A stretch of DNA of 54,858 bases from Bacteroidota bacterium. GTDB taxonomy: Bacteria > Bacteroidota > Bacteroidia > Chitinophagales > Saprospiraceae. The notes below the pieces were generated by a model, which did no database searches, was not told the origin of the DNA, and was given only the letters and a program-made list of their open reading frames with translations. The position numbers and the translations under genes are program-made. The DNA is taken from assembly GCA_024277695.1 (NCBI GenBank), contig JAJRUR010000076.1, forward strand, positions 1 to 54,858, given 5' to 3'. Positions 27,364-37,528 of this stretch are shown in pieces (position 1 is the first letter of the stretch; each line of letters begins with the position of its first letter).

Positions 27364-28737
27364 ATGCGCTTACTCTGCTTCATGATATGGATAAGCACTG
27401 TTGGCATGAGCTATACTTTTGGACAGAATCTCGTGCTGAATCCAAGCTTAGAAGAGTATATTTCCTGCCCTAAGGAGGATGGTGATTTTGATGGCTTAGT
27501 TAAGGATTGGCGTAGTTATGAACTTCCAGTAACATATTTGCAATGTGATTATCGTCCTGATTGGTCATTAAGGGTTGACCCTTACGACGGTGAGGCCATG
27601 TGCGCAATGAGATATTTTGACCCCGCAGGAGTTGGTGACCCGAGAAGAGGTTATGTTCATGGTACACTGAGCTCAAAGCTCCTTCGAGGTAAGAGGTACT
27701 ATATAGAATATTTTTTACACCTTCTTTTTGGCATAAATTTGCATGATCAATTTTCTGTCTATTTTACTCAAGATCCTCTGGATCAGATAATCAAAAATGA
27801 CGACATCCCCCCATATTTTGTACTTTCGGCACAGATCAACAACCAAAAAGGTATCCTTAAAGATACGATTAATTGGATCCCAATGACCGGATGTTTTGTC
27901 GCTGATGGAGGAGAGCAGTATTTTTCCATGGGCAATTTTTTGCACGACTCGATGGTTAATTTTATAAATTTCGTTCACCATTCCGGTAGTATGGAGTTTA
28001 TAGATTATGTCCGATTATTTGAGGTGGATGACCTTGTCTATACAGACACCATTTTATGTCAGAATACCGGGTTTGTACCCAATACATATGATTTGAAAGG
28101 ACTCAAAACCATGCTCGACGGTGTGGAGATCAATCGTTTTGTAGCAGATCAAGAAGGCATCTACGAGATAGAGTATGTGCTGGATGGTTGCGGGGTCATT
28201 GGTCGTAGTATGGTCGAAGTGATTCCTTGTAGAGAATGTGCACAAAACATCACCCCCTCTTATTCAATCTGCATAGACTCCATATTGTCCTTGGAAGATC
28301 TTATGGCGGATAATCTCATCCATACTGACCCGACGACGGGAGAAATAGTTACCGAATTCTCCAGAGGGCAAGTGGGCACTTATCAGCTCGATATATTTTC
28401 TGTTGATTGTTCTGTAGTAGGCACCGCTGACATAGAAGTAGTAGATTGTTCTGCCTGTAAACTCTATTTGCCAAATGTTTTTACTCCAAACGATGATGGA
28501 ATAAATGATTTTTTTAGAGCTTTTGCTGCTTGTGATGTAGTAAGCTTTGAAATGAGTATATTCAATCGTTGGGGAGATATGGTGTTCCATTCTTCCGATA
28601 TGAATCTAGGGTGGAATGGATATCACAATAACACTCCGGCGGACAATGGCGTATATGTCTATATGATTCGATATAAGCAAAATGGATACCCTTTTAAATC
28701 TATAAAAGGAGATGTCACTTTATTGTCTTGGAGGTAG
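27364..28737 (+). CDS. Secreted protein with a T9SS type B (CHU_C) C-terminal sorting domain
   Basis: 457 aa with a signal peptide. The C-terminus LYLPNVFTPNDDGINDFF...SIFNRWGDMVFHS...GWNG...GVYVYMIRY matches the type B CTD. Confidence 0.8.
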   Translation: MRLLCFMIWISTVGMSYTFGQNLVLNPSLEEYISCPKEDGDFDGLVKDWRSYELPVTYLQCDYRPDWSLRVDPYDGEAMCAMRYFDPAGVGDPRRGYVHGTLSSKLLRGKRYYIEYFLHLLFGINLHDQFSVYFTQDPLDQIIKNDDIPPYFVLSAQINNQKGILKDTINWIPMTGCFVADGGEQYFSMGNFLHDSMVNFINFVHHSGSMEFIDYVRLFEVDDLVYTDTILCQNTGFVPNTYDLKGLKTMLDGVEINRFVADQEGIYEIEYVLDGCGVIGRSMVEVIPCRECAQNITPSYSICIDSILSLEDLMADNLIHTDPTTGEIVTEFSRGQVGTYQLDIFSVDCSVVGTADIEVVDCSACKLYLPNVFTPNDDGINDFFRAFAACDVVSFEMSIFNRWGDMVFHSSDMNLGWNGYHNNTPADNGVYVYMIRYKQNGYPFKSIKGDVTLLSWR

Positions 28738-28765
28738 ATGTCTTGTAGAATTCGATTTGAACGGC

Positions 28766-29006
28766 CCCTCACGACGCGAGGCAGAAAAACCAAGCGACTG
28801 CGCACCCCTCTTTTTTTAAGAGAGGGGTCGGGGGGCGTAGTACTGTTGTTCTCCCCCTAACCCCCTCCAAAGGGGTTGTCCTCCCCCTAACCCCCTCCAA
28901 AGGGGGACAAGGTCACTACTCGCTTATGCGCTGGACAGCTTATGCGCTTGTGATCCTCGATTTAGACATCTCGGATTATCCGAGGAGGCACGACGAAGCA
29001 GTCGCA
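28766..29006 (+). repeat. Copy B of the GC-rich structured intergenic module (241 nt)
   Basis: Same orientation as copy A and near-identical, but with an extra 30-nt unit. Confidence 0.9.
28846..28905 (+). repeat. Tandem duplication (2 x 30 nt) inside copy B
   Basis: TTGTTCTCCCCCTAACCCCCTCCAAAGGGG followed directly by TTGTCCTCCCCCTAACCCCCTCCAAAGGGG, with 1 mismatch. Copy A has a single unit. Confidence 0.95.
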
Positions 29007-29232
29007 CCACTCGATGGCAGCATAAAAAATGGTTCGTAATTAGAAATCAGTGGTTCATGCTTGTATTATATTTTAGAGAAATAGTCTGACTAGTAGCTGT
29101 TTTTTAAAATAATTCTGTTATCTTGCTCATCAATCATGGTAGGAAATGTAAGAGCAACATGACTTTAGGCAACGTTTTTGCTATAAAAGTAGTATTATAT
29201 TAATTACAAACACTCAAGAAACAAAAGATTAG

Positions 29233-32200
29233 ATGCTGCGAAATGTACTTCTTCTATTATTGGCATTTTGTACCATAAAGCAACTAAGAGCTCAGTGCGA
29301 TGTGCCGATCGTAGATGCAGGACCTGATTTGACTGTCTGCTTTAATACGGGAGGCACTGAGGTTACCCTTGAGGGTACTGTAGAAGGTCTTTTCACAAAC
29401 CCTATATGGACACCTAATATCAACATAGTTGATCGCTTTACGCTCACACCTACTGTAAGAGTCAACGGTCCTGCTACATACACACTTACCGTCACCGCAC
29501 TCAATACACTGAACCTCATTGAAAACGGTGACTTCGAAGATGGAGTAACTTTTTCTACGCAATATACAGAAAACGATACTTTGGTAGAGCCGGGCACCTT
29601 TGATCTGGTGCGTGATGCATCAAGACGTAATATCCCCGGAAATTTTTGTAGAATGGGTGATCTCTGCCCCGAACCCAATCAAGGCAGATTCCTCGCTGTC
29701 AATGGAAGTACAGTCCCACGTACTATACTTTGGTGTCAAGAAATCGACATCAAACCGATGACAGACTATGTGATCAAAATGTGTCTGATGAACATAGACG
29801 CAGAACCACCTGAGCCCAATATGCCCAGCTTGGCGGAACTCCAAGTAGTTTTTGACCAAGACCAAAATGGCGCTCCGCCTTTTGTTTTTGGTCCATCCTT
29901 CCAAGTCCCGCCCGATCCTTGTGACTGGCAGTGTTTTGAAAGAACCTTTTTCTCCAGAGACCTGACCGGGCTCGTTGCTATGTGCATCGGAGATGCCAAT
30001 GTCGATCAAGACGGAAATGATTTTGGCATCGATTGTATAGAAATGTACGAAATATGTGATGAATATACAGATGATATATTTATAGATGTAGATCCGCTGC
30101 CGGTCGTACCCTTTGATACGATTAAATGTGCAGGAGAACGAATAAATATCGGTGGTAGATTCTTTGATGATCCGGGCACTTTTGACGTATTGCTCCACGA
30201 AAATGATGATGAATGTGATACACTATTGGACATTACGATTGAAGACTTTACTTCTATGGTGGAGTACATACACGGCCCACTTGAATTGACTTGTGATGAC
30301 ACCATCGTACTATTAGGTGCTTTCTTCAGTAGCAATCTCGAGATAAATCCCGATCTGATTTCATATCACTGGACGACCTCCAATGGCAATATATTGAGCA
30401 ATCCGGATACAAGCTTTATAACTGTCAATAAAGCAGGTACTTATCGCGTAAGGGTAGATCTTAACGACCCGAGCATAGTTTGTGATGTGGATACCGCCGG
30501 GACAATCACTGTCGTGGACAAAACCAAAATACCCAAGGCTATGGCCGGACCGGACATGTTTATGGGTTGCCTCGATACGACCATTATGCTCAATGGTATT
30601 GGGTCTGATGTAGGTGACTCTATAGCTATCAAGTGGTTGACTACCAATGGCACGATCGTCAAAGATACTTTTACACTCACTCCGACAGTATCTGATTCGG
30701 GTATCTATGTCCTCGAAATACTTAATAAAGAAACCGGATGTATCGCCTATGACACTGTACAGGTCGTCATGGACAGAACACCTCCTATGATCGTAGCACC
30801 GGACTCGTTGGCATACGATTGTGCATCCACCTCACTTCTTTTAGATGCTACAGGATCCTCTAGTGGAGGACGATTCGAAATTCTATGGACAACTTCCGGT
30901 GGTAATATAGTAAGTAGAAATGACAGTTTGATCGTTTTGGTTGATGGACCGGGCATATACCACTTGCTCATCACCGATACGCTCAATCAATGTATCGCTG
31001 AAAAAGACATCAAAGTCTTTGGTAATGATCAATCACCTTCTGTAGATGTAGGTCCGGATCGTACCATCACTTGCGACTCTTCGGAATTTGACTTGATCGC
31101 TGTATTTGGAAATGTAGGCCCGAATTTTACGATCAACTGGACTACCATCGGAGGAAATATTATCGGTGCTACAGATCAAACTATGATTAGAGCAGATGCA
31201 GCAGGCATATACATCTTTACTGTCATCGACCAAGAAACTACTTGTATCGGTACGGATACTCTCAGAATCGGGGTCGATCAGAATATCCCTACCGCAGTTG
31301 CCGGAAGTGATAAAATCCTCGACTGTGACTCTTCTTCTGTAACGCTCAATGCTTCGGGAAGCTCAAGCGGACCTAATATTAGATACCAATGGACCACCCT
31401 TACGGGAAATATCATCAGCGGGGCTACTACTCGTATGCCGGTGGTCAATAGTTCGGGAGTCTATGTGATCGAAGTTATCAATATATCCAATGGATGTACA
31501 GCAAAAGATAGCGTCCGAGTAAGTACGGATGTCGGTTTCCCAAATATCAATATTCAACTTCCGGATACCATCAATTGCCTCCAAAATCAAATCATAATCG
31601 ATGCATCCCAATCAAGTAGCGGTGGTAATTTTGTACCAATGTGGACAACGGCAGACGGCACCATCGTTTCCGGAGCCAATAGCCTTACCCCTACAGTCAA
31701 TCGCGGTGGAACCTATGTGCTCACTATTGTAAATAGTGCCAATAATTGTGATAATTCGGGCACAGTTACTGTGTTTGAGTTTACCGATCAGCCGATTGCT
31801 GATGCAGGCCAAGATGCACGCATCACTTGCATAGATGACGTGCTGACACTTGACGGTTCCGGATCTACTTCGGGCAGTGAGATTATCGTAATCTGGACTA
31901 CTTCAGATGGCAATATCGTCAGCGGTGCCAATACCCCTCAACCGGTTGTCGATCGTAGCGGCAGCTATACTATACGGATCATCAATAGATTGAGCCATTG
32001 TGAGGCTACGGATATGGTTCAGGTCACTTTAGACCAAAATCCACCTAGGGCTGATGCAGGTCAATCACAGGAGATCGACTGTCAAAACCAAGATGTTACT
32101 CTGGATGGAAGTGGATCGGACTCAGGTCCCAACATCAGTTATCAATGGACGACCACAGGTGGTAATATCATCTCGGGTGCATCAAGCGCCATTGCCAGGG

Positions 32201-34068
32201 CCAATGCCACAGGATGGTACTATATCACAGTCACTAATACTATCAATGGCTGTCAGGCAATCGATAGTGTCCAGGTAACTCGAAGCGCAGATCTCCCAAC
32301 GGCAAATGCCGGGACTGATCGCGAGTTGACTTGTTTGATTAGCCAAGTACAGTTGGACGGCTCCGGCTCAGACAGCGGTCCCAATATTTCTTACCAATGG
32401 ACCACTACAGATGGTAACATCGTCTCCGGGGCTACCTCTACTACTCCTATAGTAGATCGCCCGGGTACTTATGTCATCGAAGTAACGAACTCCCTCAACA
32501 ACTGCTCAGCGGTAAGCAGCGTGCGAGTGACTGCCAATTTAGAAACACCTAATGTGCAGATCCAAACACCGGAACTCCTCTCCTGTACCAATACCTCGGT
32601 TACTTTGGATGGCTCAGCGTCGGATAGCGGACCCGGAATTACTTACGAATGGAAAACCACGAATGGAAATATCTTGTCCGGTAGATTTAGCAATCAAGCT
32701 AGGGTAGATCAGGTGGGTACCTATTTGCTAGTAGTCACAAGAGCAGATAATGGATGCAAAGACTCTTTGAGTATTTCGGTGATGCAAGATCAAAGTATCC
32801 CTCGAGTGATAATCAACCCACCGGATTCGATTACTTGTAATAATGATATGGTGACCATAGATGCTTCCGGAAGCAGTACCGGTGATGTCAACTACTTATG
32901 GACAACGACAGATGGACAGATTTTGACTGATCCTACTCAATGGATTATCACCGTAGGGCGAGTTGGAACCTATAGGCTTACTATCACGGATAATGCTACA
33001 GGATGTCCCAATGATGCGCAAGTAACTGTGGGTGCCAATACTCAACTACCTATCGTCCATGCAGGTGCTGATTTTAGCATCTTCTGTGGTCAGACAGATA
33101 TTCAACTGCTCGGTCAGATCATTAGTGCTACCGGCCCTATAGCTGCTGAATGGACTACTACAGATGGCGAAATTATCGGTAATCCATTTAGCCTCGGGAT
33201 ACAAATCGGGATGGAAGGGACATATACTTTAAATGTCCAAGACCAAAACAATGGCTGTACCTCTAGTGATCAGATTACTGTAACCCTTATTGACGAGCTT
33301 TTTGTAGAGTTAGATATCACGCAACCGGACTGTGGTATGGATCTTCCATTTATTGATATTGCTGAGGGCTTGGGTACGCCCCCATATCGCTATTCGCTCA
33401 ATGAGGGAGCTAGTTTCAAAAATTTTCCAATTACAAACTTTGAGCCAGAGACGACATACTATTTATTGATTGAAGACGATTTAGGTTGTACTACTCATGA
33501 CACTGTTGTGATCGGAGGTATAGGATCGATCAGTGTCCAAATAGAAAAACCTCCGCTGATCAACCGCGGCGAATCTGTCCAGTTGCATCCTATCTTATCT
33601 CGTCCTTTTGGAGATCTGGACACTATTATTTGGTCACCTCCGGACTTCCTAAATCACACCAATATACTTAACCCTACAGCTACTCCGGATGACGAAATTA
33701 TCTATACTATTTATGTCGAAACTTATGACCATTGCTGGGATACTTCTTCGGTGCGCGTATTCGTAAAAACACCCTTAGACTTCTATATCCCAAACATCTT
33801 TTCTCCCAATCGGGACAACATCAATGACTGGTGGACGATATATGGCAATGAACGTGTAGATCGCATACTCGACCTGAGGATTTTTGATCGATGGGGAGAA
33901 ATGCTCTTCCAACGCTTTGACTTTGCACACAGTGATGAGCGACTTGGTTGGAATGGTCGGTTCAATGGACAGCTCGTACCGGTTGGAGTTTATGTCTATA
34001 CCGCGCATGTCCGACTGACTGATGGGGAGGTGATACCTGTCACCGGGGATGTGACCGTAATTAGATAA
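29233..34068 (+). CDS. Giant (1611 aa) adhesin-like protein with 12 tandem 84-aa PKD/Ig-like repeats and a T9SS type B C-terminal sorting domain
   Basis: Signal peptide MLRNVLLLLLAFCTIKQLRAQ. The repeat consensus is C...V.LDGSGS..GPNI.Y.WTT..GNI.SGA....P.V...G.Y...V.N..N.C. The C-terminus is FYIPNIFSPNRDNINDWW...RIFDRWGEMLF...GWNGRFNG...GVYVYTAHV. Confidence 0.85.
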   Translation: MLRNVLLLLLAFCTIKQLRAQCDVPIVDAGPDLTVCFNTGGTEVTLEGTVEGLFTNPIWTPNINIVDRFTLTPTVRVNGPATYTLTVTALNTLNLIENGDFEDGVTFSTQYTENDTLVEPGTFDLVRDASRRNIPGNFCRMGDLCPEPNQGRFLAVNGSTVPRTILWCQEIDIKPMTDYVIKMCLMNIDAEPPEPNMPSLAELQVVFDQDQNGAPPFVFGPSFQVPPDPCDWQCFERTFFSRDLTGLVAMCIGDANVDQDGNDFGIDCIEMYEICDEYTDDIFIDVDPLPVVPFDTIKCAGERINIGGRFFDDPGTFDVLLHENDDECDTLLDITIEDFTSMVEYIHGPLELTCDDTIVLLGAFFSSNLEINPDLISYHWTTSNGNILSNPDTSFITVNKAGTYRVRVDLNDPSIVCDVDTAGTITVVDKTKIPKAMAGPDMFMGCLDTTIMLNGIGSDVGDSIAIKWLTTNGTIVKDTFTLTPTVSDSGIYVLEILNKETGCIAYDTVQVVMDRTPPMIVAPDSLAYDCASTSLLLDATGSSSGGRFEILWTTSGGNIVSRNDSLIVLVDGPGIYHLLITDTLNQCIAEKDIKVFGNDQSPSVDVGPDRTITCDSSEFDLIAVFGNVGPNFTINWTTIGGNIIGATDQTMIRADAAGIYIFTVIDQETTCIGTDTLRIGVDQNIPTAVAGSDKILDCDSSSVTLNASGSSSGPNIRYQWTTLTGNIISGATTRMPVVNSSGVYVIEVINISNGCTAKDSVRVSTDVGFPNINIQLPDTINCLQNQIIIDASQSSSGGNFVPMWTTADGTIVSGANSLTPTVNRGGTYVLTIVNSANNCDNSGTVTVFEFTDQPIADAGQDARITCIDDVLTLDGSGSTSGSEIIVIWTTSDGNIVSGANTPQPVVDRSGSYTIRIINRLSHCEATDMVQVTLDQNPPRADAGQSQEIDCQNQDVTLDGSGSDSGPNISYQWTTTGGNIISGASSAIARANATGWYYITVTNTINGCQAIDSVQVTRSADLPTANAGTDRELTCLISQVQLDGSGSDSGPNISYQWTTTDGNIVSGATSTTPIVDRPGTYVIEVTNSLNNCSAVSSVRVTANLETPNVQIQTPELLSCTNTSVTLDGSASDSGPGITYEWKTTNGNILSGRFSNQARVDQVGTYLLVVTRADNGCKDSLSISVMQDQSIPRVIINPPDSITCNNDMVTIDASGSSTGDVNYLWTTTDGQILTDPTQWIITVGRVGTYRLTITDNATGCPNDAQVTVGANTQLPIVHAGADFSIFCGQTDIQLLGQIISATGPIAAEWTTTDGEIIGNPFSLGIQIGMEGTYTLNVQDQNNGCTSSDQITVTLIDELFVELDITQPDCGMDLPFIDIAEGLGTPPYRYSLNEGASFKNFPITNFEPETTYYLLIEDDLGCTTHDTVVIGGIGSISVQIEKPPLINRGESVQLHPILSRPFGDLDTIIWSPPDFLNHTNILNPTATPDDEIIYTIYVETYDHCWDTSSVRVFVKTPLDFYIPNIFSPNRDNINDWWTIYGNERVDRILDLRIFDRWGEMLFQRFDFAHSDERLGWNGRFNGQLVPVGVYVYTAHVRLTDGEVIPVTGDVTVIR
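30289..33300 (+). repeat. Intragenic tandem array of about 12 x 252 nt (84-aa domain repeats)
   Basis: Consecutive repeats start exactly 252 nt apart where I checked (LDGSGS at 32101 and at 32353). The outer boundaries are approximate. Confidence 0.8.
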
Positions 34069-34201
34069 GTATAGTTGAGCGACTGCAACGAGTTTTCTGG
34101 ATTTAATAAACCCACTCAAAGGCATACATTGACGATCCATAAAGGACTTCGTCGCTGTACAATGTCAATACTGTCAGACTACGGATATATTTTATTTTGA
34201 C

Positions 34202-34209
34202 TATCTTTG
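34202..34209 (+). promoter_or_regulatory. Candidate -7 promoter box (TATCTTTG) for rnpB
   Basis: TAnnTTTG match ending 5 nt before the predicted P1 5' strand. Confidence 0.5.
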
Positions 34210-34213
34210 CTGC

Positions 34214-34575
34214 GGAATAAGACACTCTATCGCTGTAGTGAAGCTACAGAGGAAAGTCCGGACAAGGTAGAGCACTGTACCACTTAATGCGTGGGCTCCA
34301 ATAGAGTTTGGAGACAGTACTGTCACAGAAAATAACCGCTTTTCCTCAGGGAAGAGTAAGGGTGAAAACGTGTGGTAAGAGCGCACGAGATCGTTCAGTA
34401 ATGGTCGATCTGGACAGCTTGCAGCTTGCAATGCCAAGTATATCCCGATCGTTCGTAAGGACATCTGCTTGCTCGGCGGATATATCGGGAGGGGTAGGCA
34501 GCTCAGATAAATGATAGAGACTTCTTGTGGTCTTATGATCAGAGAAGTACAGAATCCGGCTTATCGTCTTATTCC
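34214..34575 (+). ncRNA. rnpB: RNase P RNA, bacterial type A
   Basis: P4 strands GAGGAAAGTCCGGAC and ACAGAATCCGGCTTATCG. P1 pairing GGAATAAGAC (34214-34223) with GTCTTATTCC (34566-34575). P2 CTCTATC/GATAGAG, P3 hairpin CTGTAG-TGAAG-CTACAG, and the conserved GGGTGAAAACGTGTGGTAAGAGCGCAC. Confidence 0.93.
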
Positions 34576-35295
34576 ATTTTTTTGTGCTATGATGACAGTC
34601 TCTTCGGATTTGAAACCATAGAGATTGTCCTTTTCTACTTCAAAGTTTTTGCTTTGGATATCGAAACCTACACTACGGAGGCGATGGACCAGTCCTGATA
34701 TGGAGTAGATTCTTACATGGTCTTTCTGCCCAAAGTGGATGAGCCGATCTTCAGGACGCGTTATTGCTGCATTTTCGTAGATGCTTCCGGACTTAAAGGG
34801 AGTTTGGATATAACATAGTCCACCGGGTTTTAAAATTCTCCATAATTCGCGCATGGCTGGTAGATCATCGGTGACATGTTCTAGTATATGATAGCAAATG
34901 ATGATATCAAAACTATTATCCTTTTCTTGGATAGATTCTATATTTAGTTGTTTATCTGCTTGAAATTCGTCGGAATAGTCCGAAGTGGTATAGTTAAGCC
35001 CTGGTATGGATAGTATTTTTGATCTAAGACATTTCGGTGGCGAAAAATGGAGAATTGTCTTATTTTGGATGTCATCCTGGATGATCGACCACAGTCGCCG
35101 TGTTCTACCCAAAGATCCGCACCGAGGACAAAGCTGATCACCATTTTTTAGGTTTACGAATCGCGACATAGAAAACAAACATATATTGCATTGAAATGTA
35201 TTGCCGTAGTAAGGTAATGCTACTATATATCTTAGGATGCTTTCATATCGTTTGAGCGCTGAAGAGGGTAGCAGACGTTTTACAAATTCATACAT
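34561..35295 (-). CDS. Class I SAM-dependent methyltransferase with an N-terminal Cys4 zinc-ribbon-like motif
   Basis: I moved the start to M20 (35295) to avoid overlap with the fumC 3' end. Carries CNIC...CPRC, and a methyltransferase core (ILHFSP..., DIIICYHILEHV, LKPGG). Confidence 0.7.
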   Translation of the reverse strand: MYEFVKRLLPSSALKRYESILRYIVALPYYGNTFQCNICLFSMSRFVNLKNGDQLCPRCGSLGRTRRLWSIIQDDIQNKTILHFSPPKCLRSKILSIPGLNYTTSDYSDEFQADKQLNIESIQEKDNSFDIIICYHILEHVTDDLPAMRELWRILKPGGLCYIQTPFKSGSIYENAAITRPEDRLIHFGQKDHVRIYSISGLVHRLRSVGFDIQSKNFEVEKDNLYGFKSEETVIIAQKNGIRR

Positions 35296-35317
35296 AGTTA
35301 TCAATAGATACTCGGTA

Positions 35318-36700
35318 TCAAACCATTTTTTCAGGTCGTACCCATTGGTCAAACTCTTTTTCGGAAAGAAAGCCCAGGGATACGGCTGCTTCCTTCAGCG
35401 TAGTACCTTCGGCATAAGCTTTTTTGGCAATTTTAGCAGCCTTGTCATATCCGATTTTTGTATTGAGTGCGGTGACGAGCATGAGCGAATTATGGAGATT
35501 TTGATCTATGCGCTTTCGGTTAGGCTCCAGGCCTGCGATACAATTTTCATCGAAACTATTACATGCATCACCGATGAGGCGCGCCGAAATCAAAAAATTA
35601 TAAATCATCACCGGTTTAAATACATTGAGCTCAAACTGACCTTGCATACCAGCTACATTTATAGTTACATCATTGCCTATGACTTGAGCCATAGCCATAG
35701 TAAGTGCTTCTGCTTGGGTGGGATTGACCTTGCCGGGCATAATGCTTGATCCGGGTTCATTGGCAGGGATGAGGATTTCACCGATTCCGGAACGGGGACC
35801 GGAGGCAAGCATACGGATATCATTGCCGATTTTCATCAAAGAGCAGGCGACGGTTTTTAGTGCACCGTGTGCCTCTACGATGGCATCATGTGCTGCGAGT
35901 GCTTCGAATTTATTCTTGGCAGTCAGGAAGGGTAGTCCTGTGTTTTGGGCTATTTTTTTGGCGACAAGTTGAGCGTACCCTTTAGGGGTATTGAGTCCGG
36001 TGCCTACAGCTGTACCACCTAAAGCGAGCTCGCGGAGATGTTTTAGACTATTTTGAATGGCTGCCATACCATGGTCGAGTTGAGATACATATCCGGAGAG
36101 TTCTTGACCAAGAGTTAGTGGAGTAGCATCCATAAAGTGGGTGCGACCGATCTTAACTATTTTACCAAAAGCCTTGGATTTTTGGTCGAGTGTGTCACGT
36201 AGTTTTTTGATTCCCGGAAGGGTAGTGTGGATCAGCATTGTATAGGCAGCTATGTGCATAGCGGTGGGAAAGGTATCGTTGGATGACTGTGATTTATTGA
36301 CATCGTCATTGGGGTGGAGCACTTTTTTGGTATCAGTAAGTTTCCCTTTTTTGAGTACATGAGCACGATGGGCGATCACTTCATTGACATTCATATTGGA
36401 CTGGGTACCGGAACCGGTTTGCCATACGACTAATGGAAATTGGTCGTCGAGCTTTCCGGCGTAGATTTCATTACATACGCGCTCGATGAGTTTGGCTTTG
36501 GACTTAGTCAAGACACCAAGTTCGGCATTGGTCTGCGCTGCGGATTTTTTGAGCACGGCAAAGGCTCGAATGATCTCCTTAGGCATCCTTTGTCCCCCGA
36601 TTTTAAAATTTTGTAGAGAGCGCTGGGTCTGTGCTCCCCAATATTTGTCTGCAGGGACTTTGACTGCGCCTATACTGTCGTATTCTGTACGGTAGTTCAT
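35318..36700 (-). CDS. fumC: Class II fumarate hydratase
   Basis: 460 aa with the signature [16 protein letters not shown]. Confidence 0.96.
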   Translation of the reverse strand: MNYRTEYDSIGAVKVPADKYWGAQTQRSLQNFKIGGQRMPKEIIRAFAVLKKSAAQTNAELGVLTKSKAKLIERVCNEIYAGKLDDQFPLVVWQTGSGTQSNMNVNEVIAHRAHVLKKGKLTDTKKVLHPNDDVNKSQSSNDTFPTAMHIAAYTMLIHTTLPGIKKLRDTLDQKSKAFGKIVKIGRTHFMDATPLTLGQELSGYVSQLDHGMAAIQNSLKHLRELALGGTAVGTGLNTPKGYAQLVAKKIAQNTGLPFLTAKNKFEALAAHDAIVEAHGALKTVACSLMKIGNDIRMLASGPRSGIGEILIPANEPGSSIMPGKVNPTQAEALTMAMAQVIGNDVTINVAGMQGQFELNVFKPVMIYNFLISARLIGDACNSFDENCIAGLEPNRKRIDQNLHNSLMLVTALNTKIGYDKAAKIAKKAYAEGTTLKEAAVSLGFLSEKEFDQWVRPEKMV

Positions 36701-36853
36701 GGTTATAAGATTTTATGTCTGATATAAAATAAGCTCAAATCTACGGAGTTTAGAGCTATTCATCTCATTGTGTGTATAAAGTTTTGCTCTTTATAAACAA
36801 TCTTACAAATGAAGGGTTTTAAATCTATCAATCATTTAAAAAAAATCAAAATT

Positions 36854-37462
36854 ATGTCATTTGTACTACCGGATTTACCTTATGCTTTTGATGCTTTAGA
36901 GCCTCATATCGATGCTCGAACGATGGAGATTCATCACGGCAAGCATCATAATGGATATACCAACAAACTCAATGCTGCGATTGCAGGCACTGCACTCGAA
37001 GGTAAGACTATCGAAGAAATATTAGCTGGTATATCATCAGCTTCTACTGCTGTTCGGAATAATGGTGGAGGCTATTATAACCATGCACTGTTTTGGACGG
37101 TGATGTCTCCCGATGGAGGAGGTGAGCCTACAGGCGCATTAGCCCAAGCCATCCAAAATGCTTTTGGTTCTTTTGAGGACTTTAAAGAGGCTTTTTCTGC
37201 TGCTGCCAAAACACGCTTTGGATCAGGTTGGGCTTGGTTGAGCGTAGATTCTAATGGAAAACTTCAAGTGAGTTCTACACCAAACCAAGACAATCCGCTG
37301 ATGGATATCGCAGAAGTGCGTGGTACGCCGATTCTGGGATTGGATGTTTGGGAACACGCCTATTATCTCAATTACCAAAACCGAAGACCTGACTATGTCG
37401 CTGCTTTTTTTAATGTAATACATTGGGATGAAGTCGCCAAAAAATATAATGCACTAGTCTAA
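36854..37462 (+). CDS. sodA: Fe/Mn superoxide dismutase
   Basis: I chose the start at [18 protein letters not shown]. Carries the HHGKHH and DVWEHAYYL motifs. Metal specificity cannot be determined from the sequence. Confidence 0.93.
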   Translation: MSFVLPDLPYAFDALEPHIDARTMEIHHGKHHNGYTNKLNAAIAGTALEGKTIEEILAGISSASTAVRNNGGGYYNHALFWTVMSPDGGGEPTGALAQAIQNAFGSFEDFKEAFSAAAKTRFGSGWAWLSVDSNGKLQVSSTPNQDNPLMDIAEVRGTPILGLDVWEHAYYLNYQNRRPDYVAAFFNVIHWDEVAKKYNALV

Positions 37463-37496
37463 GAAAGATATAGTTTAAAAAATGCTTACTTTTAAA

Positions 37497-37528
37497 GCCT
37501 CGATAAATTTTTATCGAGGCTTTTTTTT
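37497..37528 (+). terminator. Rho-independent terminator after sod
   Basis: A 10-bp perfect stem GCCTCGATAA/TTATCGAGGC with a 4-nt loop and a run of 8 T. The T-run ends at the base before the next ATG. Confidence 0.85.

Noticed and set aside
28846-28905. Possible CRISPR-like array, given tandem 30-nt units with internal dyad symmetry.
   Set aside because: There are only two units, directly abutting with no spacer, and no cas genes in the window.
29284-31812. A series of 60-190-aa minus-strand ORFs inside the 1611-aa adhesin gene.
   Set aside because: They are antisense shadows of a repetitive gene with biased codon usage. They have no starts with plausible context, no motifs, and junk-like composition.
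34078-34165. AGCGACTGC and CTTCGTCG 8-9-mers resembling the arms of the 25.3/28.8-kb module, downstream of the giant adhesin gene.
   Set aside because: Only short words match, the potential stem is 6 bp, and there is no collinear similarity to the module. Chance is the likelier explanation.
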